Origin: Candidatus Omnitrophota bacterium
GTDB lineage: Bacteria > Omnitrophota > Omnitrophia > Omnitrophales > Aquincolibacteriaceae
Direction: 5' to 3'
Assembly: GCA_030698625.1 (NCBI GenBank)
Contig: JAUYMS010000030.1
Span: 148,016 to 212,015, forward strand
DNA length: 64,000 nt
Shown: piece by piece, positions 42,601 to 50,192 of the stretch
Position numbering within the stretch: position 1 is the first letter of the stretch
How the letters are laid out: every line of letters starts with the position of its first letter
Program-made: the position numbers and the translations under genes
Notes under the pieces: generated by a model
Databases searched by the model: none
Seen by the model: the letters and a program-made list of their open reading frames with translations, nothing else
What the model was told of the DNA's origin: nothing

Positions 42601-42875
42601 ATCTCTCAGGCCGTGCCCTGCGACTCACCTACAAGTCCACGACGGATGTCGGCACGTTGAAGCTGGAGTTCAAGACGCAAACGGCGAACGGCGTAGAGGT
42701 TGTTTATACAATCGACGACATCGAGCTGGTGAATACGGGAGGTGACGAGTATGTCATTGTCATCAATCTCCCGCCGCTGGAAGGCCTGATGGATATCGAC
42801 GAAATCTTATTTCTCCTCTCCGACGGCACCGGTGGCGCGCTCGATCTTACGATCCTCGACTTCGATATTCTGTAG
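39687..42875 (+). CDS. Secreted glycoside-hydrolase-like protein (glycoamylase/GH144-like alpha/alpha domain) with four tandem ~140-aa CBM-like repeats
   Basis: TQPTAIGFY, GLLPW, GDNANL, DGGAFQMLWP. Four repeats of F(S/I)W...LxxxYxSxTxVG..K.(E/Q).K...LP. Confidence 0.7.
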   Translation: MLSLSAVKSKFFVSVITFSFFQLILSPSSVLGQPPAMPPAAVFSAGQPEVPVDEPPQQEKKKPKGAEEAPADFFSPQTLSSPDNPPFGDGFDIQELIDLSLCYFVPANGLVESTSGYPFEGFRQTDFTQPTAIGFYAQLLSNVISGDLQTEHMSKADAIAGLDRLTDSLLVDQENLGYKGLLPWMGYDGTNWNRKNDLFGQQVVLGDNANLSVALGATAGALSDESLAGDATVQGIKDKIDAFLEGQREGYEYLFNPAAGRFRRGWNFTNNSWVGGDNGTAHFFGDEFRQAILFLSMRYDFPETVYTSLETSTTEYTLSTGEVISTVMPFDGGAFQMLWPTLTMPETNDPRLKTMLRNFVTIALDHAKENNLPGFLSASYGGIDEYVSNAGITELSFNPAPRNETIASLYTLGAAYMIAPNEIEVFLEQIFQAHPDLITNHGLWEGVNVAAGEVIQEQIVANVSTFVLGLIGKGPEHMTRYLQEKGLAWKLEAAYRPEELIDIIADSNNAFSWGGGFITAGRSDDEYHITANRFNFVGTAFLHDGINIAGKTLRIKYWSDTAVGSTKIEFKERRGGQLDTRLVLDEVRFADTNGEERVIEVELPASVGLFDIDETVITINSLFGAGLSIGFTDFDIVPTDFKDLVSDGTGAFSWGSQITGYPAGDEYVIQSPAFTTSGTAFLQGGIDVSGGQLKLRYRSTTDVGNMKLQFKERTESGLEVRLDLINYVLENTGGAEREILIDLPVSEFLEHIDEIVMLLTGGAGNPLDLVITDIDMRQYEVMDALAQSQNIFIWGDQGVSGFLTNEGYTIQSAVFHSAGAAFIQPDFGINVAGKDLKIRYKSTTAVGKVKFELKERSSQGLEIMHVTEEVLFVNTGGEVREVTVNLPLLLDLFNLHELVMLITEGAGTPLDMTITGIEFSDRNESDLISESTGSFSWSNTNPITGFAQGDEYHLSSPWFYSSGTALLEDSVDLSGRALRLTYKSTTDVGTLKLEFKTQTANGVEVVYTIDDIELVNTGGDEYVIVINLPPLEGLMDIDEILFLLSDGTGGALDLTILDFDIL

Positions 42876-42888
42876 CCGGCCGGCGTCC

Positions 42889-43281
42889 ATGGATACCACT
42901 GTATTGAAAGAATGCACAGCCCTAGCGTTTCAAAATAAGATCACCTTTCCCGAGACGGTGAAGCGCTTGGCCGAGACAGGGGTGGAGCGCTACTGCGCCG
43001 ATCTTGTACGGCTGGAGAAATTTTACTACGCGCCGACTGGGCAGAATGACACCGTCGCGATGCCTTTAGAAAACCCTCCAACGATCGCGATGACCTTTTC
43101 CCAAAAGACAGTCCAGGAAGCCATACGGGCCAGCCAAAAAGGGCAGATAGACTATGCCGAATTTTTAAGACGCATCATGAAGGCCGGCGTGGTTTATTAC
43201 GACATCTTCATCCAGGGTCGCAAAGCCATCTACACCGGTCGCAACGGCGATTTTCACGTCGAAAATTTCCCGGTGATATAG
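42889..43281 (+). CDS. DUF1398 family protein
   Basis: ITFPETVKRLAETGVERYCADL...Y.GRNGDFHVENFP. Confidence 0.85.
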   Translation: MDTTVLKECTALAFQNKITFPETVKRLAETGVERYCADLVRLEKFYYAPTGQNDTVAMPLENPPTIAMTFSQKTVQEAIRASQKGQIDYAEFLRRIMKAGVVYYDIFIQGRKAIYTGRNGDFHVENFPVI

Positions 43282-43339
43282 GCGACAGACACGAAAAATG
43301 GGGACAGGCATGAAGGCCCCTAAAGGGATGTGCCAATAG

Positions 43340-43422
43340 CCAGTTGCGAAAGTCGTCCAATACGGGGAGTTTTTTCAATACAATAAAAGGCGTTGTCATT
43401 TAATGTGGCAACGCCTTTTATT
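43340..43422. repeat. Cassette junction site 1 (core plus downstream hairpin)
   Basis: ccagttgcgaaagtcgtccaatacggggag, then aataaaaggcgttgtca...tggcaacgccttttatt. Confidence 0.9.
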
Positions 43423-43430
43423 ATTCAAAC

Positions 43431-43724
43431 ATGATAAAAAAACTCAAATTAGAATTAGAAAAATTCAAAAAAGACTTAAAGGTCTATCAGCTCGTTTATG
43501 CTGATCCTCGGACACCCAAACTCTCGAAATGGCTTTTGGGGATAGCCGTTGCCTATATTCTTTCTCCGATTGATTTGATACCGGATTTCATTCCGATTAT
43601 TGGCCATTTGGACGATCTGATCATTTTTCCGTTACTGGTCTTTATAGCCACTCGAATGATCCCTCGGGCCGTATTTGATGATTGCAGAAAGCGGGTTCAA
43701 TCATCCGGGAAAACAGCTGAATAA
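43431..43724 (+). CDS. DUF1232/YkvA family membrane protein
   Basis: DPRTP...AYILSPIDLIPDFIPIIGHLDD. Confidence 0.92.
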   Translation: MIKKLKLELEKFKKDLKVYQLVYADPRTPKLSKWLLGIAVAYILSPIDLIPDFIPIIGHLDDLIIFPLLVFIATRMIPRAVFDDCRKRVQSSGKTAE

Positions 43725-43821
43725 AAAAAAGGATGGTATTCAAGCGACCAAAGCCAAACCGTTTTCTGTGAACAGCGGTCGGATTGCTAAAAGTTCACTT
43801 CTGAAGGCTTCCGTGGGGTGT

Positions 43822-43907
43822 CGAAATGCGTCCAATAGGGGGAGAAATTATAATTTCATACTCGCGTTATCGTTACATCGAGCGAAAGTTCGAAGTAGCG
43901 GCAACGC
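43822..43907. repeat. Cassette junction site 2 (diverged core plus hairpin)
   Basis: cgaaatgcgtccaatagggggag, then gcgtt...gcggcaacgc. Confidence 0.75.
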
Positions 43908-43919
43908 TTTTTTATTCCC

Positions 43920-43951
43920 TTGACTCTGGAGTATACTCTAGGGTGTATGCT
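43920..43951 (+). promoter_or_regulatory. MerR-type (ZntR-like) promoter/operator with 20-bp spacer
   Basis: TTGACT-ctggagtatactctagggtg-TATGCT; dyad closely resembles the E. coli zntA promoter. Confidence 0.85.
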
Positions 43952-43968
43952 TTCATTGGAGGTTAAAA

Positions 43969-44436
43969 ATGGTTACAGATAGAAGTCTCTATCAGATTGG
44001 TGAAGTTGCTAAACAAACGGATTGTTCCATTGATACGATCCGCTTTTACGAGAAAGAAGGGTTGCTTGTTACTCCTTCACGAACCGATGGAGGTTTCCGC
44101 AAATATGCACCTCAGGCCGTGGAACGTATCCGCTTTATCAAGAAGGCCAAGTCCTTTGGATTGACCCTTTCTGAAATCAAGCAAATCATGAGGGAAAGTG
44201 AAAAGGGCCTTGAGAATTGCTGTCGTCACGTGAACGCAATCTTCACCCATAAATTGGATGAACTTGAATCCAAAATTAAAGAGCTGCAAACCATGAAAAA
44301 AGGTCTCCGGGCTCTCATGGGAAGTTGGATTCCATTAGAGAAGGCTCGCAGTCAACGGTTTTCAATTTGCCCTCAAATTGAAGTGGAACGAAAATTTAAA
44401 AAAGGAAGGAAACATCATGTCAAAAAGAAAAGTTGA
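43969..44436 (+). CDS. MerR-family heavy-metal-responsive regulator
   Basis: YQIGEVAK...TIRFYEKEGLL...GLTLSEIK; Cys in NCC and ICP. Confidence 0.93.
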   Translation: MVTDRSLYQIGEVAKQTDCSIDTIRFYEKEGLLVTPSRTDGGFRKYAPQAVERIRFIKKAKSFGLTLSEIKQIMRESEKGLENCCRHVNAIFTHKLDELESKIKELQTMKKGLRALMGSWIPLEKARSQRFSICPQIEVERKFKKGRKHHVKKKS

Positions 44437-44692
44437 GATATTTACTAGCGGTTGTTATCTGTGCGAAGAGACAGTGAGCTTGGTTAAGGAGCTTGCTTGT
44501 TCAAGTTGTGAAGTCGAGGTTTATGATATATCCGAACCGTGTGAATCAGAGGAATGTGCCGACAAAGCAAAAGCATATGGGATCAATTCGGTTCCGGCAG
44601 TCGTAATTGACGGTAAGATAGCTGAGTGCTGTAAGCGAGGAAAACCTGATCGGGAGGCATTGCTTGCTGCTGGATTAGGTACAGCACTATGA
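44417..44692 (+). CDS. Small Cys-rich thioredoxin/glutaredoxin-family protein
   Basis: VEIFTSGCYLCEE, CSSC, YGINSVPAVVIDG, CC. Confidence 0.85.
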   Translation: MSKRKVEIFTSGCYLCEETVSLVKELACSSCEVEVYDISEPCESEECADKAKAYGINSVPAVVIDGKIAECCKRGKPDREALLAAGLGTAL

Positions 44693-45057
44693 AATCAAAG
44701 TGGTGGGCACAGGTCGCCTCTTTTTTTTCCGCCACGCTGGCCTTGCTCTGTCCATTGTGTATCCCAGCCGTTGGAGCTTTCCTAGCTTCGATAGGGCTTG
44801 GATTTGCTTTGAATGTTGTGTTCCTCCGGTCACTTCTTGTGTTCTTTCTTGTCGCAGCGGTTGCTTCCCTGGTTTGGTCAGCTAAATTGCAGGGAAAATG
44901 GGTTGTGGTCGTCATTGGGGTCGTGGGCGCAGCTATGATTTATATAGGAAGATATGTCTGGTTTAACCAAATCCTAATGGGCATGGGGGCATTTATGCTG
45001 ATAGGCATTTCGATTCTGAATTTTCGTTTTAAGGCATCCTGCAATAAATGCGAATAA
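44689..45057 (+). CDS. MerC-like metal transport membrane protein
   Basis: LCPLCIPAVGAFLASIGLGF; four TM segments; C-terminal CNKC. Confidence 0.75.
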   Translation: MKSKWWAQVASFFSATLALLCPLCIPAVGAFLASIGLGFALNVVFLRSLLVFFLVAAVASLVWSAKLQGKWVVVVIGVVGAAMIYIGRYVWFNQILMGMGAFMLIGISILNFRFKASCNKCE

Positions 45058-45255
45058 TGCACTCAACTCATCAGATGCCCGTATTGTAGTTATAAAAAAG
45101 AGGAAGCCATGCCAGAAAACCAATGTGTCTACTTCTACACCTGCAAAGGCTGCAACAAAAGGTTAAAACCGAAAGAAGGCGATTGTTGCGTTTTTTGCTC
45201 TTATGGATCTGTCAAATGCCCTCCTAAGCAGCAAGAGAAGGAATGTTGCGAATAG
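45057..45255 (+). pseudogene. GDCCVxC-domain protein, apparently frameshifted near the start
   Basis: ATG 45057 gives MHST; one extra base later IRCPYC...MPENQCVYFYTCKGC...GDCCVFCSYGSVKCPP continues in another frame to TAG 45255. Confidence 0.8.
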
Positions 45256-45283
45256 ACGGAAAAAGAAGTGAGCTCTCTTCTGT

Positions 45284-45358
45284 CATCAACCAGTTGCGAA
45301 AGTCGTCCAATACGGGGAGCCATACCCAGGCGTTACTACCATAATGCGGCAACACCTT
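45284..45358. repeat. Cassette junction site 3 (core plus hairpin)
   Basis: catcaaccagttgcgaaagtcgtccaatacggggagccat, then aggcgtt...gcggcaacacctt. Confidence 0.9.
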
Positions 45359-45535
45359 TCTTTTGGTGTTGTTATCGATGTGGTTTGTCACCAGCCGAAA
45401 CTGTTCCCACCTTTTTATTTTCAACATAAATGACCTTGTCTAGCCTACAATTCTATATAATCTATCAATGGCAAACAATTTCATAGCGCACGCCCAAGAA
45501 TGGGCTGTTAGCGTCTCTAAGGAAGGTTCTCAAGT

Positions 45536-46390
45536 ATGAGTTATCATCCGATCGTGGGTAAGCGCTTTAACCGATGGCCAAGCATTTATTTTCTAGGCGG
45601 AATTACTATAACAACTCTTATTGGTTGTCCGCTGTATTTGTATTTCTATGGTATTTCATGGAGTGGTTTTCTTATTTTTGTTGGAATGTCTGTTTTAACA
45701 CTTCTTTCAATTACGGCAGGCTATCATAGGTTCTACTCCCATAAATCTTATCAGGCCGTCTGGCTTTATCATTTCTTGACCCTGGGTTTTGGCGCGGCCG
45801 CCTTGCAACAGTCAGCTCTGAAATGGGCCTCCCTTCATCGGTCTCATCATCAATATGTGGATACGGAGAAAGATCCCTATAATATTAAGAAGGGATTTTT
45901 TTACGCCCATGTGGGGTGGATCTTATTCTGGATTCGTTCCGTCGATCTCACGAACGTCAAAGACTTACAGCAGAATAGGCTCCTCATGCACCAACACCGG
46001 CATTTTCAAATTTGGGCAGCCGGATTCGGCGTGGTTTTACCGCTCATTATTGGCTTTGCTTGCGGAGAGTTATTCGAGGCTGCTTTATTTGGAATCGGGG
46101 CAAGGCTTTTTATCGTTTTCCAGGTTACCTTTTTTATTAATTCTTTCGTCCATACCTTTGGTAGCCAAAAATATGGGAAAACGATCAGCGCTCGGGACAA
46201 TTGGTTAGGGTCTCTCCTGACTTTTGGAGAAGGTAATCACAGCTTTCATCATCGCTTTCCCAATGACTACCGGAATGGTATCCGCTGGTATCATTGGGAT
46301 CCAGGCAAATGGGCCATTTACCTTCTCTCACGGCTGGGACTTGTATGGGACTTGAAGCGGACTTCCAAACAGGCCTTGGCTTTGTTCTAG
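45536..46390 (+). CDS. Delta-9 acyl-CoA/fatty acid desaturase
   Basis: His boxes HRFYSH, HRSHH and HSFHH; FPNDYRNG. Confidence 0.95.
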   Translation: MSYHPIVGKRFNRWPSIYFLGGITITTLIGCPLYLYFYGISWSGFLIFVGMSVLTLLSITAGYHRFYSHKSYQAVWLYHFLTLGFGAAALQQSALKWASLHRSHHQYVDTEKDPYNIKKGFFYAHVGWILFWIRSVDLTNVKDLQQNRLLMHQHRHFQIWAAGFGVVLPLIIGFACGELFEAALFGIGARLFIVFQVTFFINSFVHTFGSQKYGKTISARDNWLGSLLTFGEGNHSFHHRFPNDYRNGIRWYHWDPGKWAIYLLSRLGLVWDLKRTSKQALALF

Positions 46391-46430
46391 CATTAACCAG
46401 TCGCGAAAGTCGTCCAATACGGGGAGCCAT
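46391..46430. repeat. Cassette junction site 4 (core only)
   Basis: cattaaccagtcgcgaaagtcgtccaatacggggagccat, 38/40 identical to site 3, starting immediately after the desaturase stop codon. Confidence 0.9.
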
Positions 46431-46489
46431 TGCGGAAGAAGCGCTGGAGGAGTAAGGTCCTTCGCCCCCGGGAGAACCGTTATAGTTAC

Positions 46490-47623
46490 ATGAACAAAAT
46501 ATTTTCGATTTTTCTGGCAGGACTACTCCTTAGTTTTGCCTGGCCGCTAAGGGGCCAGTTCGGACATGAACACGGGGCCATGATTCCCGGCGCAGCGGCC
46601 GCGGTTATTACCGCCGTTTTTATGGCCGGCGACAAATGGCGGTCTTGCTTCGCACAGGCGGTCATTTTCGGCAGCCTGGGGTTTTCGATCGGGGGAACAT
46701 TCTCCTACGGATCGCAGGTGGCCGACATTGCGGCCGCTTCCGATTTTGGGGACGTGATCCCTCAACTCATTCATGTGTTTGTCACCGGCGCGGTGTGGGG
46801 GTGGCTGGGCATGCTTTTTCTCGGCTTTGCCTCGGCGGAGCGCGAGATCACTTTTCGGGACACGCTGGTTCTGACGATTGTGGGCGGCGGTGCGTGGTTG
46901 GCGACCGCCGTTTTCAACGCGGGTCCCGCCCTAGCGTGGACGGCGGGCGGCGCGGCGTTGTTGCAGGCTTATAATGCGCTTTGGAAAAGATCGCGCACCG
47001 TCACGCTATTTTCGGCGTTCGGATTTTTTGGATTCGGGCTCGGATTTTTAATTTCGGCGCTTGTTTTGCACTACGGGGCTCACGGTGTTCTGCCGGGCGG
47101 CTGGTGGAGATTGCGTGACCAGATTTGGGGCTTCATCGGCGGCATTTCGGTGCTGTTGGCGGCACGGTTCACGGCGGCGCGCGGACTCATGCCGGCTCCG
47201 CTCGGGGGGGTGGCCATCCGGCGTGCCGGATTCATCACCCTGGCGTCGCTGGTCACAGGGGTCAATGTCTGGAACGTTTACGGCAAGTGGTTCAAAACGA
47301 CTCCGACCGTTCCCGAGCCCTTTTGGCCGACGGTCTATTTAGTCGTCTGCGCCGTGACTTTGGCGGCCATTGCCTTTTACTTTTTGACGTCGGCACCGGA
47401 AATGTTTTCGGGCGAGGGGCTTACTCGGACGCTCAGGGGAAGCACACTTTTTTTCTGTTGGTTTCTGGCCGTGCTTGCCATTCTCAAATCGGTCGTATAT
47501 TCGGGGTGGGATGTCTGGGAACCCGCCTTTGCGCTTTTATTCATAGACTGCGTGATCCTAACCGTCGCAATCCCTTGGATTCTGAAGAAAAATACCGTAT
47601 CCCTTCCGGAAGTGCCGGGTTAA
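46490..47623 (+). CDS. Multi-pass membrane protein of unknown function
   Basis: WPLRGQFGHEHGAMIPG, GGTFSYG; about 12 hydrophobic segments. Confidence 0.8.
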   Translation: MNKIFSIFLAGLLLSFAWPLRGQFGHEHGAMIPGAAAAVITAVFMAGDKWRSCFAQAVIFGSLGFSIGGTFSYGSQVADIAAASDFGDVIPQLIHVFVTGAVWGWLGMLFLGFASAEREITFRDTLVLTIVGGGAWLATAVFNAGPALAWTAGGAALLQAYNALWKRSRTVTLFSAFGFFGFGLGFLISALVLHYGAHGVLPGGWWRLRDQIWGFIGGISVLLAARFTAARGLMPAPLGGVAIRRAGFITLASLVTGVNVWNVYGKWFKTTPTVPEPFWPTVYLVVCAVTLAAIAFYFLTSAPEMFSGEGLTRTLRGSTLFFCWFLAVLAILKSVVYSGWDVWEPAFALLFIDCVILTVAIPWILKKNTVSLPEVPG

Positions 47624-47643
47624 AATGATCCTGTACCCCTTCC
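47597..47643 (+). repeat. Left-half copy of the 28.4-kb element spanning a stop/start junction
   Basis: gtatcccttccggaagtgccgggttaaaatga-t-cctgtaccccttcc versus 28373-28405 and 28352-28365. Confidence 0.85.
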
Positions 47644-48856
47644 GAAAGGTCCCCGCAATTGTTTTGATCTCCATGGCTTATGGCTATTTCGCTTTAATCT
47701 TTGCTTTAGGGAACAGATACCAGATTAACCCGGACGGGGTGGCTTATTTGCGTCTCGCAAAATATCTTTCCGAGGGGCATTACCTTTATTCGATCTCCAA
47801 CTATTGGTCTCCGCTGATCATTTGGTGCTTTGCCCCATTTTTATTTTTGGGTGTGGACGGCCTGATTACCGCACGGGTTGTCATCGCTGTATGGGGGTTA
47901 TTGTTTTTATGGGGAACCTGGCTTCTTTCTAACCGGTTTGATTTATCTTATCCGTTTAAAAGCCTGGCGGGTTTAATCGCTGCGCTTACGATCGCAAAGT
48001 GGACATCGGCAATTATTACTCCCGATATTCTGATCGCAGCTTGTTTGGCCTTTTATTTTTATTTAGTCACGGACGCGGATTTAGTTAAAGGCAAGCAAAA
48101 GGCCTTTCTTTGCGGCATGGCGGCAGGTGCGGCCTATTTAGCAAAGGCCTATGCGCTGCCTTTTTTCCTAATTCATTTTCCGGTGACAATTTTCATAAGA
48201 AGACTGACGTCTGGCCGAAACAGCCGCTTCCCCCTCGGGAAAATGGTGAAAACCTTATGTTTTGGGATGATGGGTTTTTCATTGTTGGCGGCCCCGTGGA
48301 TTGGTGTGATGTCTGTAAAGTATTCTACATTGACGATTTCCGCTGCCGGACATAAGCCGGAGCCATACGCGATTCACTCCTGGGAAGCCCCTTCGGATTT
48401 GGCGTATAAACATTGGTCGCCTTTTCAAAGCTTTGAAAATTTTAAACATCAGTTCAAAGTCTGCTTAAAGAACGCGGCGGCAATCGCGCTTTATTTTGGA
48501 ATATTGGGCGGACCGGTTCTCGTTCTCCTTCCTTTTTTAGTTCTGACCGGCGCTAGTTTTATCGTTTGCCGCGGTTCCGATGAGCGGCTTTCTCCGCTGC
48601 GGGAAATGTATACAAAGGTTTATACATTGGGTATTATCTGAATGAAAAATTTTATGGTTCGCCTATTTCTGACGAGGTCGAGGGAATGGCCGATGAAATG
48701 AGCGCGGCGAACCTTAAGACAATGCTTGTGTTTTCCGAATCAAAGGAAATGCCGTTGCTGAAAGAATTTCTGGAAAGCGGCAGATTTGAACACCGTGCGC
48801 ACATTCGCGGGAAAAGCTTCGGCAGCAGCCAGGACGTCGACGTTTTTTCCCTGTAA
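47625..48856 (+). pseudogene. GT-C (ArnT/PMT-like) membrane glycosyltransferase, probably internally deleted
   Basis: NPDGVAYLRLA, YWSPL, TPDIL, AYLAKAY. The ORF stops at 48641 and an out-of-frame remnant (NEKFYGSP...VDVFSL*) follows. Confidence 0.6.
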
Positions 48857-48886
48857 CCAAAAGGCGTACCCTCTAGGTGTTCAGAA

Positions 48887-50179
48887 ATGGGGTCGCATAT
48901 CGAAGACGAGTATAGAAGTATCATGACAGGTGACGGAAGCCCGACGCTCAGCCTTCCGCCGACATGGGAACTCATGCACGCGGATGAAGGGGCGTTCACG
49001 GAGAGGCAGTATCTTTATCAGCCGCTCGTCGAAAAGGCTTTTGAGGCCGTGCCGGAGCCGGTGTTTCTTTCGCTGGGTCTCGGGCTTGGCTACAATGAAC
49101 TTCTGATTGCTTTCGAAGCCCTCGAGCGCGGGCGCAAGCCGGCATTGATTGCGAGTTACGAGACGGCCGGTTTTCTCAAAGACGCCTTCGCGGCCTGGCT
49201 GCGGGGCGCCCCCGTTGCCTTGACCCCGGTCTACGATCAGATTACCGCCCTGTATGCAGTCCGGTACGCGCAGGCACCGGCCGCCGCGAAATCATTCCTG
49301 CTCGATCTGATGCAAAGTGACCGGTTCCGGCTGCTGGGTCCCATTGAGACAGGGGAGCCAAGCGCCGCGCATGGCATTTTGTTTGACGCGTTCAGCCCCA
49401 AGACCTGCCCGCAGTTGTGGACATCGGAATTTCTGGACGTCTTCTTCGATAGAGCGGCCGCAACGCCCTGCTTTGTTTCAACCCACGCCTGCAACGGCAA
49501 ACTAAAGAGGGCACTCAAAAAGAACGGCTTCACGATTACCATTCAAGACGGCTTTGGAAGAAAATGGGAATCCCTGTGGGCTCAAAGAAACCTCATCAGA
49601 GGAGAGACTATGAAGGCTATCAGTGAATTCAGAAAACCGGACTTTGCAATTGACGCTTTGTTTTATGAGCGCTGGTCACCGCGTGTTTTTAACGGGGAAG
49701 AAATCCCGGATGAGGTTTTGAATAAGCTGTTTGAGGCCGCCAGGTGGGCCCCTTCGTGCTTTAATGAACAGCCTTGGCGATTTCTTTATGCAAAGCGCGG
49801 CTCTGAGGATTGGAATTTGTTTTTAGGTGCGCTTGTTGAAATGAATCAGGCCTGGGCAGGCAGTGCTTCTGTGCTCATCGCCTGTGTTTCGAAAAAGACG
49901 TTTACAAGAAACGGAAAGCCCAATGGGACGCATAGTTTTGACGCGGGAGCCGCGTGGCAAAACCTAGCTCTCCAAGCCCATCTTTTGGGGTGGGCGGCTC
50001 ACGGCATGGCCGGGGTTCAGTATGAGAAGGCGGCTGCAGATTTAAATATCACGGAGGATTTCAAAGTGGAAATGATGATTGCCGTCGGAAGGACGGAAGA
50101 TCTTCAGGGAAAGGAATGGACGCCAAGCGGGCGTAACACGGTGGAGTCGTTCATTACAAAAGGGAAGTGGGACAAATGA
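48887..50179 (+). CDS. MnmC-like SAM methyltransferase read in frame into a nitroreductase (own SD+ATG at 49610)
   Basis: TGDGSPTL, GLGLGYN, LFDAFSP; then ERWSPR, AARWAPSCFNEQPW, HSFDAGAAW. Confidence 0.8.
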   Translation: MGSHIEDEYRSIMTGDGSPTLSLPPTWELMHADEGAFTERQYLYQPLVEKAFEAVPEPVFLSLGLGLGYNELLIAFEALERGRKPALIASYETAGFLKDAFAAWLRGAPVALTPVYDQITALYAVRYAQAPAAAKSFLLDLMQSDRFRLLGPIETGEPSAAHGILFDAFSPKTCPQLWTSEFLDVFFDRAAATPCFVSTHACNGKLKRALKKNGFTITIQDGFGRKWESLWAQRNLIRGETMKAISEFRKPDFAIDALFYERWSPRVFNGEEIPDEVLNKLFEAARWAPSCFNEQPWRFLYAKRGSEDWNLFLGALVEMNQAWAGSASVLIACVSKKTFTRNGKPNGTHSFDAGAAWQNLALQAHLLGWAAHGMAGVQYEKAAADLNITEDFKVEMMIAVGRTEDLQGKEWTPSGRNTVESFITKGKWDK

Positions 50180-50192
50180 AAAGGTGCCTGTT

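Noticed and set aside
45057-45255. Selenoprotein version of GDCCVxC
   Set aside because: All motif positions are TGT/TGC codons; no in-frame TGA.
45284-45323. Core ending in GGGGAGCCA as a tRNA gene
   Set aside because: It resembles a tRNA 3' end, but no cloverleaf or canonical T-loop can be formed upstream.
43340-46430. Junction repeats as a CRISPR array or integron attC sites
   Set aside because: Spacing is 0.5-1.5 kb with whole genes between copies, and no cas or intI gene is present. The hairpins run GTT...AAC, opposite to the attC RYYYAAC...GTTRRRY arrangement.
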